Assembly: GCA_965237765.1 (NCBI GenBank)
Contig: OZ250157.1
Span: 1,295,508 to 1,359,507 of the forward strand
Length of the DNA stretch: 64,000 nt
Origin: Phototrophicaceae bacterium
GTDB taxonomy: Bacteria > Chloroflexota > Anaerolineae > Aggregatilineales > Phototrophicaceae
Direction of reading: 5' to 3'
Below are positions 53,728 to 61,866 of this stretch, in pieces. The notes under the pieces are model-generated. The model had not been told where the DNA came from, ran no database searches, and was given only the letters and a program-made list of their open reading frames with translations. Within the stretch, counting starts at the first letter, position 1, and every line of letters begins with the position of its first letter. The translations under genes were made by a program, and so were the position numbers.

Positions 53728-54342
53728 TTAGCGCGGCGTTGTGGTGGCTTCCGGCCAGGGGGCGCCGGTGTAGTGGTCGCGCAGGCCCTGGCGCTCAGCG
53801 AATTGGCGCCAGAGGGCGGCGCGCCTTTGTTGAAAGTGGGCGATGGCGGGCGCATCCAGATCCAGGCGCATGGTGAAAGCGTCTTCTGAATCGGCGTAAT
53901 AACGCGGGCGGCGCTCGGTGATGGCGAAGCCATTTTTGCGGTAGAGCGCCTGAGCGATGAGGTTGGAAACACGAACTTCCAACACGATATAGCTGGCGTC
54001 TGCGGTCAACGCGCGTTGGATGAGCGCTGTGAGCAGCAGTTCGCCCCAGCGCTCCCCGCGCTCGCTCGGCTGCACGGCCAGCGTGCTGATATGCCCCTCG
54101 TCTTCGATGACCCAGAGTCCGCCATAGCCGCCGGGTTGGGCGGGGGTATGGCGGCGCCGGAGCCGCCAGGGCCGCCATTCTTGCCAGCCGCGCTCGCTAG
54201 GCTGGGGCGAGGAGCTTTCCAGGATGAGCATGTAGGAATAATTGGAAGTGCAGACTTCGTGGCGGAAGGCGGACGCCGACCAGGGGGTGGCGAAGGAGAG
54301 GCGGTCGAGGGCGACGACGGCCGGGATGTCGGCGGCGACCAT
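53728..54342 (-). CDS. rimI: Ribosomal-protein-alanine N-acetyltransferase RimI
   Basis: MVAADIPAVVALDRLSFATPWSASAFRHEV...LAVQPSERGERWGELLL...LEVRVSNLIAQALYRKNGF. The ORF stays open upstream to 54591 through the repeat array, and the conservative start ATG 54342 is used. Confidence 0.8.
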   Translation of the reverse strand: MVAADIPAVVALDRLSFATPWSASAFRHEVCTSNYSYMLILESSSPQPSERGWQEWRPWRLRRRHTPAQPGGYGGLWVIEDEGHISTLAVQPSERGERWGELLLTALIQRALTADASYIVLEVRVSNLIAQALYRKNGFAITERRPRYYADSEDAFTMRLDLDAPAIAHFQQRRAALWRQFAERQGLRDHYTGAPWPEATTTPR

Positions 54343-54358
54343 CGGGCGGAGGGCGAGG

Positions 54359-54578
54359 GCGTGCTGGCACTTCGCAGCGCGTGCGGGCACTTCGCCGCCG
54401 TAAGAAGCGCGTGCGGGCACTTCGCCGCCGTAAGAAGCGCGTGCGGGCACTTCGCCGCCGTAAGAAGCCGCAAGACGCCGTAAGAAGCGCGTGCCGGCAC
54501 TTCGCGGCTGTAAGAAGCGCGTGCCGGCACTTCGCGGCGCGTGCTGGCACTTCGCAGCCGCAAGACGCCGTAAGAAGC
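54359..54578 (+). repeat. Largest dispersed-repeat array: 7 hairpin modules with all three variants, plus duplicated tails (220 bp)
   Basis: Units at 54359-78 (T:A), 54379-408, 54409-38 and 54439-68 (G:C). Tails at 54469-88. Then 54489-518 and 54519-38 (C:G) and 54539-78 (T:A). No spacers. Confidence 0.95.
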
Positions 54579-54587
54579 GCGCGTCAC

Positions 54588-55373
54588 TCACCCGACCGTC
54601 TCCTCAGCCGCGTAGATGGGCCGGATTGCCTCGGGCGGAAAGGCCAGGCGAGGCTCCTGCCCGGCCGCCATTGCTGCTCGCAGGCGTTGCCAGGCTAGCT
54701 CGGCCAGGTAGCCCGCGCGCCGCAGGTTCGCCGCTGGCGGGTAGCGATAGGGCCGCGCTTCGTCGATGCCCGCGTCCGCGTCGCTCATCGCCGCCATATC
54801 CCACTCGCCGATGAGGGCGTCATCGGCTGTGCAGCGGGCGCGCAGCTCCGCGCCGGTCAGCCGCAGCAAGGGGCCGTCCTCGCGCCAGGTGCCCGCTCGC
54901 CACAGGTAGCAGCGCGCGTAGAGGCGCCCTCGCCCCGCCGGCACGACCGCCCAGAGCCGCCCCGCGCGCGCGCCGCAAGACGCCACCAGCGCCGCGTGCG
55001 CGCCGATACCCACTAGCGGCAGGCCGCGCGCCTCTTGCGTCTTGCGGCTTCTTACGGCGGCGAAGTGCCCGCACGCGCTGCGAAGTGCCAGCACGCGCTG
55101 CGAAGTGCCAGCACGCGCCTCAGCCAGGCCCTGCGCCAGCCCAATGCCGCTGCGCAGCCCTGTATATGAGCCGGGGCCGAGCGAAACAGCCAGCGCGCCC
55201 AGCGCCGGGGCGCCGCCGAAAGCCGCCAGGCTGCGCGCCACGGCCGGCGCCAATTGCGTGGTCGGTTGCCGCGCGGCGCGCCAGCTGTGCTCGGCCAGGA
55301 GCGCTGCGCCATCATGCAGGGCGAAGCTGAGCGTATCGCCCGCCGTATCCAGCGCGAGGAGCAGCCCGTTCAT
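54588..55373 (-). CDS. tsaB: tRNA threonylcarbamoyladenosine biosynthesis protein TsaB, carrying an 87-nt repeat insertion
   Basis: LLLALDTAGDTLSFAL...GPGSYTGLRSGIGLAQGLAEA-[29 aa]-RGLPLVGI. Confidence 0.85.
   Translation of the reverse strand: MNGLLLALDTAGDTLSFALHDGAALLAEHSWRAARQPTTQLAPAVARSLAAFGGAPALGALAVSLGPGSYTGLRSGIGLAQGLAEARAGTSQRVLALRSACGHFAAVRSRKTQEARGLPLVGIGAHAALVASCGARAGRLWAVVPAGRGRLYARCYLWRAGTWREDGPLLRLTGAELRARCTADDALIGEWDMAAMSDADAGIDEARPYRYPPAANLRRAGYLAELAWQRLRAAMAAGQEPRLAFPPEAIRPIYAAEETVG
55027..55113 (-). repeat. Dispersed repeat: 3 modules (20+20+30 nt plus CAA-type tails) in-frame in tsaB
   Basis: Period of 87 nt between identical CGCGCCTC at 55027-55034 and 55114-55121. Encodes [29 protein letters not shown]. 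Confidence 0.95.
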
Positions 55374-55873
55374 GCGCGAGCCACCTCCAGCGCCGCCAGG
55401 CGTTGCAGGAGCGCACCGGCCTCGCCGCCATAGGCGCGCAACGTGAGCAGCCGTCCGCCGGTTTCGGGTTCGCTGAAAGAGATTGTGAGGCGCTCCGCCG
55501 GCAGGGCGTTACCGAAATGTTCCGGCCATTCCACGAGCAGGATCGCGTCGCCCGCCAGCAGCTCGTCAATGCCCAGGGCGCTTGCCTCGGATGGTGATTC
55601 CAGGCGGTAGCCATCCAGGTGGTAGAGGCGCTGCCCATCCTGGGCGCGTCGGTGTTCGTGGAGCAGGGTGAAGGTGGGGCTGGTGAGCGGGGTTTCGCTG
55701 CCCCAGCGGCGCCCGAAGGCGGCCGCGAAAAACGTCTTGCCGGCGCCGATCGGGCCACAGAGGGCGATCAGGGCGCGCTGGCCCTCGCAGGCATCCGCCA
55801 GGCGGGCGGCTACAACCTCCGTCGCGGCGGGGTCAGCGCAGGTGTAGCTCCGGGAGAGAGATTCGGTAGCCAT
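55370..55873 (-). CDS. tsaE: tRNA threonylcarbamoyladenosine biosynthesis ATPase TsaE
   Basis: LCGPIGAGKTFF (P-loop), TSPTFTLLHEH, LYHLDGYRL and LLVEWPE. Start at ATG 55873. Confidence 0.85.
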   Translation of the reverse strand: MATESLSRSYTCADPAATEVVAARLADACEGQRALIALCGPIGAGKTFFAAAFGRRWGSETPLTSPTFTLLHEHRRAQDGQRLYHLDGYRLESPSEASALGIDELLAGDAILLVEWPEHFGNALPAERLTISFSEPETGGRLLTLRAYGGEAGALLQRLAALEVARA

Positions 55874-55916
55874 CAGCGCGGGGATGGTAGCACAGAGGCG
55901 GCGCTCGTTCCGCCGC

Positions 55917-56645
55917 TCAGTCGAGCAGGGCGCCCAATTCGTGGAAGGAATCGACGAGCACATCTGGCTGCGCGGCGCGCAAATCCTCACGCGGCGAATA
56001 GCCGGTGGTGATGGCGATGGCGCGGGCCTGGATGGCGCGGGCGCAGGCGATATCGGCGGGCGTATCGCCGATGACGAAGACACGCTCGCGGGCGAATTCC
56101 TGGCCGCGCCATTCGGAAGCGCGTTTCAGGGCGAGCTGGGCCAGGCGATCGCGCTGCGGCGCTTCGTCGCCATAAGCGCCGATAGGGAACCAGGCCGGGT
56201 CGATCCGGGCGGCGCGCAATTTGACCGGGGCGCTGGCGTGGCTGTTGCCGGTGAGCAGGCCCAGCAGCACGTCGCTGCGGGCGCGCCACTGCGCGAGCCT
56301 TTCCAGGACACCGGGCAAGGCGCACACCTGGCGTCCCGGGATGATGCGGGCCATCTCCCGCGCCAGGGTGGCCGTGAATTGCGGTAGGTGAGCGTCGATG
56401 GTGGTGCTGGTGATCCCCAGGGGCAGCAGCAGCTCGCGCAGGGTTTGCGAATCCGGCTTACCGCCGAAGGAATGGCTATCGATATCGGCGCGCGCGCCTA
56501 CCTCGCCAAAGACGAGGCGCAGGCTGCTCTCCATCGCGGCGCGGCCGGCGCCATCGGCATGCAGCAGGGTGCCGTCGATGTCGAGGAGGATGAGGGCCGA
56601 TCGATGATCGGTCGCCCGGTGGGCGGTCGCCGCTGGGCGGGACAT
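55917..56645 (-). CDS. HAD-IA family hydrolase (phosphoglycolate phosphatase-like)
   Basis: LLDIDGTLL motif I, LLTGN, and VIGDTPADI motif IV. Confidence 0.8.
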   Translation of the reverse strand: MSRPAATAHRATDHRSALILLDIDGTLLHADGAGRAAMESSLRLVFGEVGARADIDSHSFGGKPDSQTLRELLLPLGITSTTIDAHLPQFTATLAREMARIIPGRQVCALPGVLERLAQWRARSDVLLGLLTGNSHASAPVKLRAARIDPAWFPIGAYGDEAPQRDRLAQLALKRASEWRGQEFARERVFVIGDTPADIACARAIQARAIAITTGYSPREDLRAAQPDVLVDSFHELGALLD

Positions 56646-57679
56646 CAGCGGGAACCGGGTAGGGTCACAGGGGCCGTCGGTGCGGCGGGTGGTTTCGATT
56701 TCGATCGGATCGCGCGCGTTTCACTGATGACGACGTAGAGCACGCCGGCCACCAGGATGAAGCTGCCCAGCGATTCGCTGCCTGTTGGCAATTCGGCGAA
56801 GAGGTAGTAGGCCACCACCGCGCTGCCCACCGTGATGACCGGCCCCATCATCGCCAGCAAGGTCGCCGGGAAGTAGACGATGCAGTAAGTGATGATGCCA
56901 TGCCCGACCAATTGGGTGAGCAGCGTCATCACCACCAGCCAGAAATAGGCGCTGTGGGAATGGCCAAAGAAAGAGGAGCCGCTCGCCAGCAGCGCCAGCG
57001 TCGACGAAAGCGCGGCGAAACCCATCACGAGCCAGAGGTAGGTGAGCAAGGGAACGGTCTTGCGCAGGCTGCGACCGACGATCATGTAAACGGCGAAGCC
57101 GAGCGTACTCAGCAGGGCGAAGCCGACGCCGGGCAGCGAAGAGACGCCGGCCGAGCCGCCCACCTGGCCGATGCTGGCCGCGGCGACCACCAGGCCACCG
57201 GACACCGAAATGCACAGGCCGATCCAGACCCCCTGCCGCAGGTGCTCGCGCAGGATGCTCACCTCCAGCAACGCGATCCAGAGCGGGCCGGTGTTGATGA
57301 TGGCTTGCGTGACGAGCACGTCGGTGGCTCGTAAGGCGAGCGACATCATCGCGAAATAGAGGCCGAGCAAGACGCCGCCGAGCGCGCCCAGGGCCAGCTG
57401 GCGTCGGCTCAGTTGGCGCAAGGCGGCGCGCTCAGCCGGCCGGCGCAGCAGGATGACGCTGAGGATGACCAGGGCGAGGGTGGGCCGGCCGGCGGCGACG
57501 GCCATGGGCGGTAGGCCAGCATCGAGCGTTATGCGCACCAGGGGGCTGGCGAAGACGAAGATGACGATGCCGATGCCGAGCGATATGTAAGCCAGGCGCG
57601 GGCGGGCGCTTTCGCTTGGTGCGGTGGGCTGCGGGTGAGCTGGGGCGATCGCTGTGGAAGCGATGGGTGGCGTGGGCAT
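56645..57679 (-). CDS. DMT superfamily (EamA-like) transporter
   Basis: About 10 hydrophobic segments and a two-EamA-repeat layout. Confidence 0.8.
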   Translation of the reverse strand: MPTPPIASTAIAPAHPQPTAPSESARPRLAYISLGIGIVIFVFASPLVRITLDAGLPPMAVAAGRPTLALVILSVILLRRPAERAALRQLSRRQLALGALGGVLLGLYFAMMSLALRATDVLVTQAIINTGPLWIALLEVSILREHLRQGVWIGLCISVSGGLVVAAASIGQVGGSAGVSSLPGVGFALLSTLGFAVYMIVGRSLRKTVPLLTYLWLVMGFAALSSTLALLASGSSFFGHSHSAYFWLVVMTLLTQLVGHGIITYCIVYFPATLLAMMGPVITVGSAVVAYYLFAELPTGSESLGSFILVAGVLYVVISETRAIRSKSKPPAAPTAPVTLPGSR

Positions 57680-57841
57680 CAGGCGGCGCCACTGGTGGCG
57701 TCATTCATCGGGACATCATAGCAGAGTCCGCCCGGTCGGATATGGACGCTTTTCATGTGCTCCTCAGTCCGGCCATGCAAGAAACCAGGGTCTTTACCTT
57801 TTTCACATCACATTCCACTCGACTTGGTGTTAATGGACTGG

Positions 57842-57869
57842 TTGACAACCGAGATAGGGAGAATATAAT
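57842..57869 (+). promoter_or_regulatory. Near-consensus sigma70-like promoter for the Cys-rich peptide cassette
   Basis: TTGACA (57842-57847), a 16-nt spacer, then TATAAT (57864-57869). GAGGAGGG RBS before ATG 57903. Confidence 0.55.
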
Positions 57870-57902
57870 TAACCTTGTCTGTATTGTGAGGAGGGAATGA
57901 TC

Positions 57903-58187
57903 ATGAAGAGATTTAGTTTCATATTTCTGCTGGTAGTGGTGTTGCTACTGGCTGTCGTTCCCGCGCTGGGTGTGGGAGAGAATGCTGGGTTTTGTATAGA
58001 CTAGGAGCGCGACGGTGGTGTCGGGGCGAGGTGTACCACCAACTGCGGCGGTTCCAACGGTAGCGATTGGGTCATAAGGTGCACAGTGCGTCATCATTGG
58101 GATCGAGGGTATTTTTGTACGTGTTGGTGGTGTAACAACAATACAGCGCCCGGTGGATGCGGTGCGGCCAGACCGTGTCCGATTTAG
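57903..58187 (+). pseudogene. Small secreted Cys-rich peptide gene (paralog of 28052-28309) with in-frame TAG at 58002-58004
   Basis: Own translation: MKRFSFIFLLVVVLLLAVVPALGVGENAGFCID*ERDGGVGARCTTNCGGSNGSDWVIRCTVRHHWDRGYFCTCWWCNNNTAPGGCGAARPCPI*. Not in the supplied track. Confidence 0.4.
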
Positions 58188-58195
58188 GGGATGCG

Positions 58196-58612
58196 ATGAC
58201 CAGTAAAAGGCTGCTGATCCTGCTGATGGTGGCGGTAGTTATGGTGGTGGGGTGTAACTACTTTGGGAAGAGATCTGATACGCCACCATCGCTTTCACCT
58301 TCTTCATCGTCAACGTCTGTGCCGCGCACTCTGCAACCGCCGCCAGCGGTGGATCGGCCGCTTTATTATTCAGAGAGCACGCTCGATAGTGGGATTCTGG
58401 TGTACGGGCCAGACCTTTATCCTGCCTATGCGGAGGCTTATCCCGACGCGCCCTGTGCGACCTGGGATAACGGTGGTCTCAATTGGGTTTATCTCGATAT
58501 GCCACCTGAAGAAAGGGGTTGGTTCGTTGAATTGAAACAACCCGAATATCGTTTTTGTGGCTTTCCGTCGCCATATCCGGAGAAACCAGCGGAGCCGACG
58601 GCGGCGCCATGA
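58196..58612 (+). CDS. Membrane-anchored secreted protein, paralog of 27545-28039
   Basis: MTSKRLLILLMVAVVMVVGC (TM segment or lipobox-like) and a Ser/Pro linker. Shared motifs YPAYAEAYPDAPCATWDNGGL and QPEYRFCGFPSPYPEKP. Confidence 0.55.
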   Translation: MTSKRLLILLMVAVVMVVGCNYFGKRSDTPPSLSPSSSSTSVPRTLQPPPAVDRPLYYSESTLDSGILVYGPDLYPAYAEAYPDAPCATWDNGGLNWVYLDMPPEERGWFVELKQPEYRFCGFPSPYPEKPAEPTAAP

Positions 58613-58874
58613 GTGAGGCATTCAGGCACTACCGAACACCGTCCGTATCAGCGGGCGGTGTCTTTTTTTGATGATGAGAACTTGGGATGCTTTTCGCCGG
58701 CATCAAGATGCGCGACTCCAGCAGCAATGGAGGGCCTGCGGGCCGCGGAATTCGTGGCCGTTGGGTCAGGCGCGCGCGGCCGCCTCAGCAATCGTCAACC
58801 AGGATATCATCCTGCAGGATGTCATCCTGCCATTCGGGCTGCGCTGGTTTGTCGCTAGACCCTCGGCTTAGCGA

Positions 58875-60218
58875 TCAACCCGCAGCCCGCGTGATCGCAT
58901 CGCCCATCGTATTGATGACGATATCGACCTCATCCGCTGTGATGCAAAGCGGTGGCGAAAAGGCGATCGTCCCGCCTAGTGGGCGCGCCCGCAAGCCCAT
59001 CTCCAACGCCAAATCGCTGATGATAGCTGCCGTAGCCGCATCCTCTGCACGACTTTCCTTATTGACGACGACGTCAATGCCCGCCAGCAAACCCACGCCG
59101 CGCGCATTGTCAATGTTCGGGAATTCATCCACCAAACCCTGCAAACCTTCCAGCAAACGCGCGCCCATATCCGCGCTGTTCTGCAGCAAACCATCGCGCT
59201 CGATGATATCGATATTGGCGATGCCCACCGCACAAGCCGCCGCATGACCGGAGTAGGTATATCCATGCATCCAGCTTTGATCGGCCGGCGCATTCAATAT
59301 CACATCGCGAATGGCATCCGTCACCTGCATACCGCCCAGCGGGATATAACCGCTCGTCACGCCTTTGGCAAACTGCATGATATCCGGCGCAATCGCGTAC
59401 TGATCACTACCAAACCAGGTGCCGGTGCGCCCAAATCCAGTAATCACCTCATCCACAATCAGCAAGACCTCGTATTTTTGGCAGATGTCCTGCACCAGAT
59501 CAAAATAACCCTCGTCCGGCAGCACCAAACCACCGGCGCCTTGAATCGGCTCGGCAATGAATGCCGCGACCGTGTCAGGTCCCTCGCGGATAATTGTCTC
59601 TTCCAAAGCGCGCGCCGCTGCTTGCGCCACCGACTCTCCCTCGTTGATGTCGCCGGCGTAACGATAGCCGTTCGGGTTAGGAATATGGATGAAGCCGTCA
59701 ACCAGCGGACCGAACATGCTGTGATATTTGCTGATGCCCGTCGCGCTCATGGCAGCCATCGTAATCCCGTGATAGCCAAACAAGCGCGAGATGATCTTGG
59801 TTTTGTCCATCTTACCCAACTGACGCCAATAAAATCGAGCCGTCTTGAACGAGGTGTCGCTCGATTCGGAGCCGCCCGAAGTAAAATAGGTGAAGTTCAT
59901 ATTGGGACGGAAGAAACCCGCCAGTTTGTCCGCCAGCATCGACGAGGGCGGATTGCTCATGCCGGCAAAACCCGCCGTATAGGGCAGATCAAGCATCTGC
60001 TCATAAGCGACCTTTGGCAATTCGGCGTTGCCATAGCCGATATTCACATTCCATAAGCCCGCCATGCCGTCGAGGATCTTCTTGCCATCCGTGGTATAGA
60101 GCCAAACCCCGTCCGCTTTGTTGACCATCGCCGGATTCTCCACACGCGAGGGATGGTGCAGCCCATGCAGCTGGTGCCTGTCCTGTTCAATCAATGTAGC
60201 GTGGTGATAATCGCTCAT
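58875..60218 (-). CDS. Class III (omega) aminotransferase
   Basis: GMAGLWNVNIGYG, DEVITGFGRTGTWFG and FAKGVTSGYIPLG (PLP lysine). Start at ATG 60218, with alternatives upstream. Confidence 0.85.
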   Translation of the reverse strand: MSDYHHATLIEQDRHQLHGLHHPSRVENPAMVNKADGVWLYTTDGKKILDGMAGLWNVNIGYGNAELPKVAYEQMLDLPYTAGFAGMSNPPSSMLADKLAGFFRPNMNFTYFTSGGSESSDTSFKTARFYWRQLGKMDKTKIISRLFGYHGITMAAMSATGISKYHSMFGPLVDGFIHIPNPNGYRYAGDINEGESVAQAAARALEETIIREGPDTVAAFIAEPIQGAGGLVLPDEGYFDLVQDICQKYEVLLIVDEVITGFGRTGTWFGSDQYAIAPDIMQFAKGVTSGYIPLGGMQVTDAIRDVILNAPADQSWMHGYTYSGHAAACAVGIANIDIIERDGLLQNSADMGARLLEGLQGLVDEFPNIDNARGVGLLAGIDVVVNKESRAEDAATAAIISDLALEMGLRARPLGGTIAFSPPLCITADEVDIVINTMGDAITRAAG

Positions 60219-60404
60219 CTCATCTCTTTTCTTTTCTCGCAGTTTGATAGTAGACATAAGAATACTGGATTGCGCCTCTTCCCCCAAGAATCGGTGGCGG
60301 CGCATGATCTTATAGCCGTCTGCATCGTCATTGGCGGCATCCCAATTAAGCGTGTCGCTGGCTGGCTGGGGCCGGGGCGACGACCGTGGCGACGGGCGCC
60401 GGTA

Positions 60405-61616
60405 TCAAGATGCGCGCTCCCAGCAACAATGCAAGGCGCGCGGGCCGCGGAATTCATGTCCGCGTGGGCGCGCCCGCTCGGCCGCCTCTTCATCGTCGCG
60501 CAGGCGCAGATTCGGCAACGCTTTGAAGAGCGCGCGCAGCCCGAGCTGCCCCTCCAGCCGCGCCAGCGCCGCCCCCAGGCAATAGTGCGGGCCGATGGCG
60601 AAGGAGAGGTGATCGCCCGCCCGCGCCCGGCGGATATCGAAACGCTCTGGCTCGGTGAAATGCGCCGCGTCGCGGTTGGCGGCGGAGAGAATGCATTGCG
60701 CCACCTCGCCGGCGGCCAAATCCACACCGCTCAGCGTCGTCGGCCGCGTAATATGGCGGGTGGCCGTTTGCACGGGCGCCTCCCAACGCAGGGCTTCCTC
60801 CAGCGCGTTTGGCAACAGCGACCAATCGGCGCGCAGGGCGGCGAGTTGGGCCGGGTGTTGCAGCAGCGCCCAGATCGTGTTGCCCAGCATGGCGGCCGTC
60901 GTCTCCCGGCCGCCGAAGATGGTCAGGATGGTGTTGGCGACGATGGCGTCTTCATCCAGGTGGTGCTGGGGGTGGCAGGCGATGGCGCTGAGCGTGGATT
61001 CATCCGGTTCATCGGCGAGGCGTTGCAGGTGCGCGCGGATCTCCGCGCCGAAGGCTTGGGTGGCGGCGCGGCCGCGGGCGCGGATTTCCTCGTCGCGCGT
61101 GAAGTTGGCGAGGGCGGCGGCGATGTCGTCATACCAGGCGCGGAACTGGTCGAGATCGGCCAACGGCAGGCCGAGCACCTGCGTGACGCTAATGATGGCG
61201 AGCGGGTCGCAGAATTCGCTCATCAGATCGCCTTCGCCGCGCGCCGCGAATTGACTGATGAGCGAGGCGACCAGCTCGCTGATGCCCTCGGTATGGAGGC
61301 GGCGCAGGCGGCGCGGTTGGTAGGCTTCGGCGAAAGGCGCGCGCTGACAGCGGTGCGCTTCGCCGTCGAGAGAGAGCATCATCTCGCCGATCGTGTCGCG
61401 TAGGAGCGAATGGGGGGAGGCGACGGTGTAGGTTGCCGTGTCGTAGAGCACGGTGAGGATGTCTTCGCGCCGGGTGACGTACCATTGTTGGGTTTCGCCG
61501 ACCCAGCTGATGGGCTCGCGCGCTTGTAGTTGTCGGTAATAGGGGTAGGGGTTCTCGGCGAGTTGAGCGAGGCGAATCCGGTCGCCGAGGGGGAATTGGC
61601 GCGCGCGCGGGTTCAT
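60405..61616 (-). CDS. Cytochrome P450
   Basis: Heme-binding loop FAIGPHYCLGAALARLE, the EALRWEAP (ExxR) motif, and FGGRETTA in the I-helix. Start at ATG 61616. The track extension to 61814 runs through repeats. Confidence 0.9.
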   Translation of the reverse strand: MNPRARQFPLGDRIRLAQLAENPYPYYRQLQAREPISWVGETQQWYVTRREDILTVLYDTATYTVASPHSLLRDTIGEMMLSLDGEAHRCQRAPFAEAYQPRRLRRLHTEGISELVASLISQFAARGEGDLMSEFCDPLAIISVTQVLGLPLADLDQFRAWYDDIAAALANFTRDEEIRARGRAATQAFGAEIRAHLQRLADEPDESTLSAIACHPQHHLDEDAIVANTILTIFGGRETTAAMLGNTIWALLQHPAQLAALRADWSLLPNALEEALRWEAPVQTATRHITRPTTLSGVDLAAGEVAQCILSAANRDAAHFTEPERFDIRRARAGDHLSFAIGPHYCLGAALARLEGQLGLRALFKALPNLRLRDDEEAAERARPRGHEFRGPRALHCCWERAS

Positions 61617-61631
61617 CTGGCGGAGTATAGC

Positions 61632-61765
61632 GCGTGCCGCCGATCCTCGGATCGGCACTTCGCGGCGCGTGCTGGCACTTCGCAGCGCGTGCGTAAGATG
61701 CCGCCTGTTGCCGTCACTTCGCGGCCGTAAGAAGCGCGTGTGGGCACTTCGCCATCGTAAGAGAG
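61632..61765 (+). repeat. Dispersed repeat cluster, about 4 modules (C:G with a nested 15-nt palindromic insert, T:A, one degenerate, G:C)
   Basis: GCGTGCC-[GCCGATCCTCGGATC]-GGCACTTCGCGGC, then GCGTGCTGGCACTTCGCAGC, a degenerate unit, then GCGTGTGGGCACTTCGCCATCGTAAGAGAG. Confidence 0.85.
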
Positions 61766-61866
61766 TGGCGCGGCGCGCAGAGCGCCTGTGGCACGCCACC
61801 CGAAATTGTCCCACTTAGGCAAAATGCTGGCATTTATAGAAAATATATTCTATTATCCAGCGCGCC

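Noticed and set aside
54359-54578. Possible CRISPR array, suggested by about 30-nt repeats with a palindromic core.
   Set aside because: The units are directly abutting with no spacers, come in 20/30/40-nt modular forms, occur singly inside genes in both orientations, and no cas genes are present.
50747-58004. Pyrrolysine decoding of the two in-frame TAG codons (50747 and 58002).
   Set aside because: No pyl genes or tRNA-Pyl appear in the window, and the lineage is not known for Pyl use. One TAG aligns with an ordinary Gln codon in a paralog (a C-to-T nonsense change). A pseudogene, an error or generic read-through is more parsimonious.
60405-61814. Long N-terminal extensions in the track ORFs: P450 to 61814, LLM from 26093, tsaE to 56083, nitroreductase to 4361, aminotransferase to 60305.
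   Set aside because: The extensions are low-complexity or repeat-derived, and family-typical N-termini begin at internal ATGs with plausible RBSs. The shorter starts were used. For rimI the extension through the repeats was not dismissed: it is kept as a separate finding (54342-54591), with the conservative internal start used for the feature.
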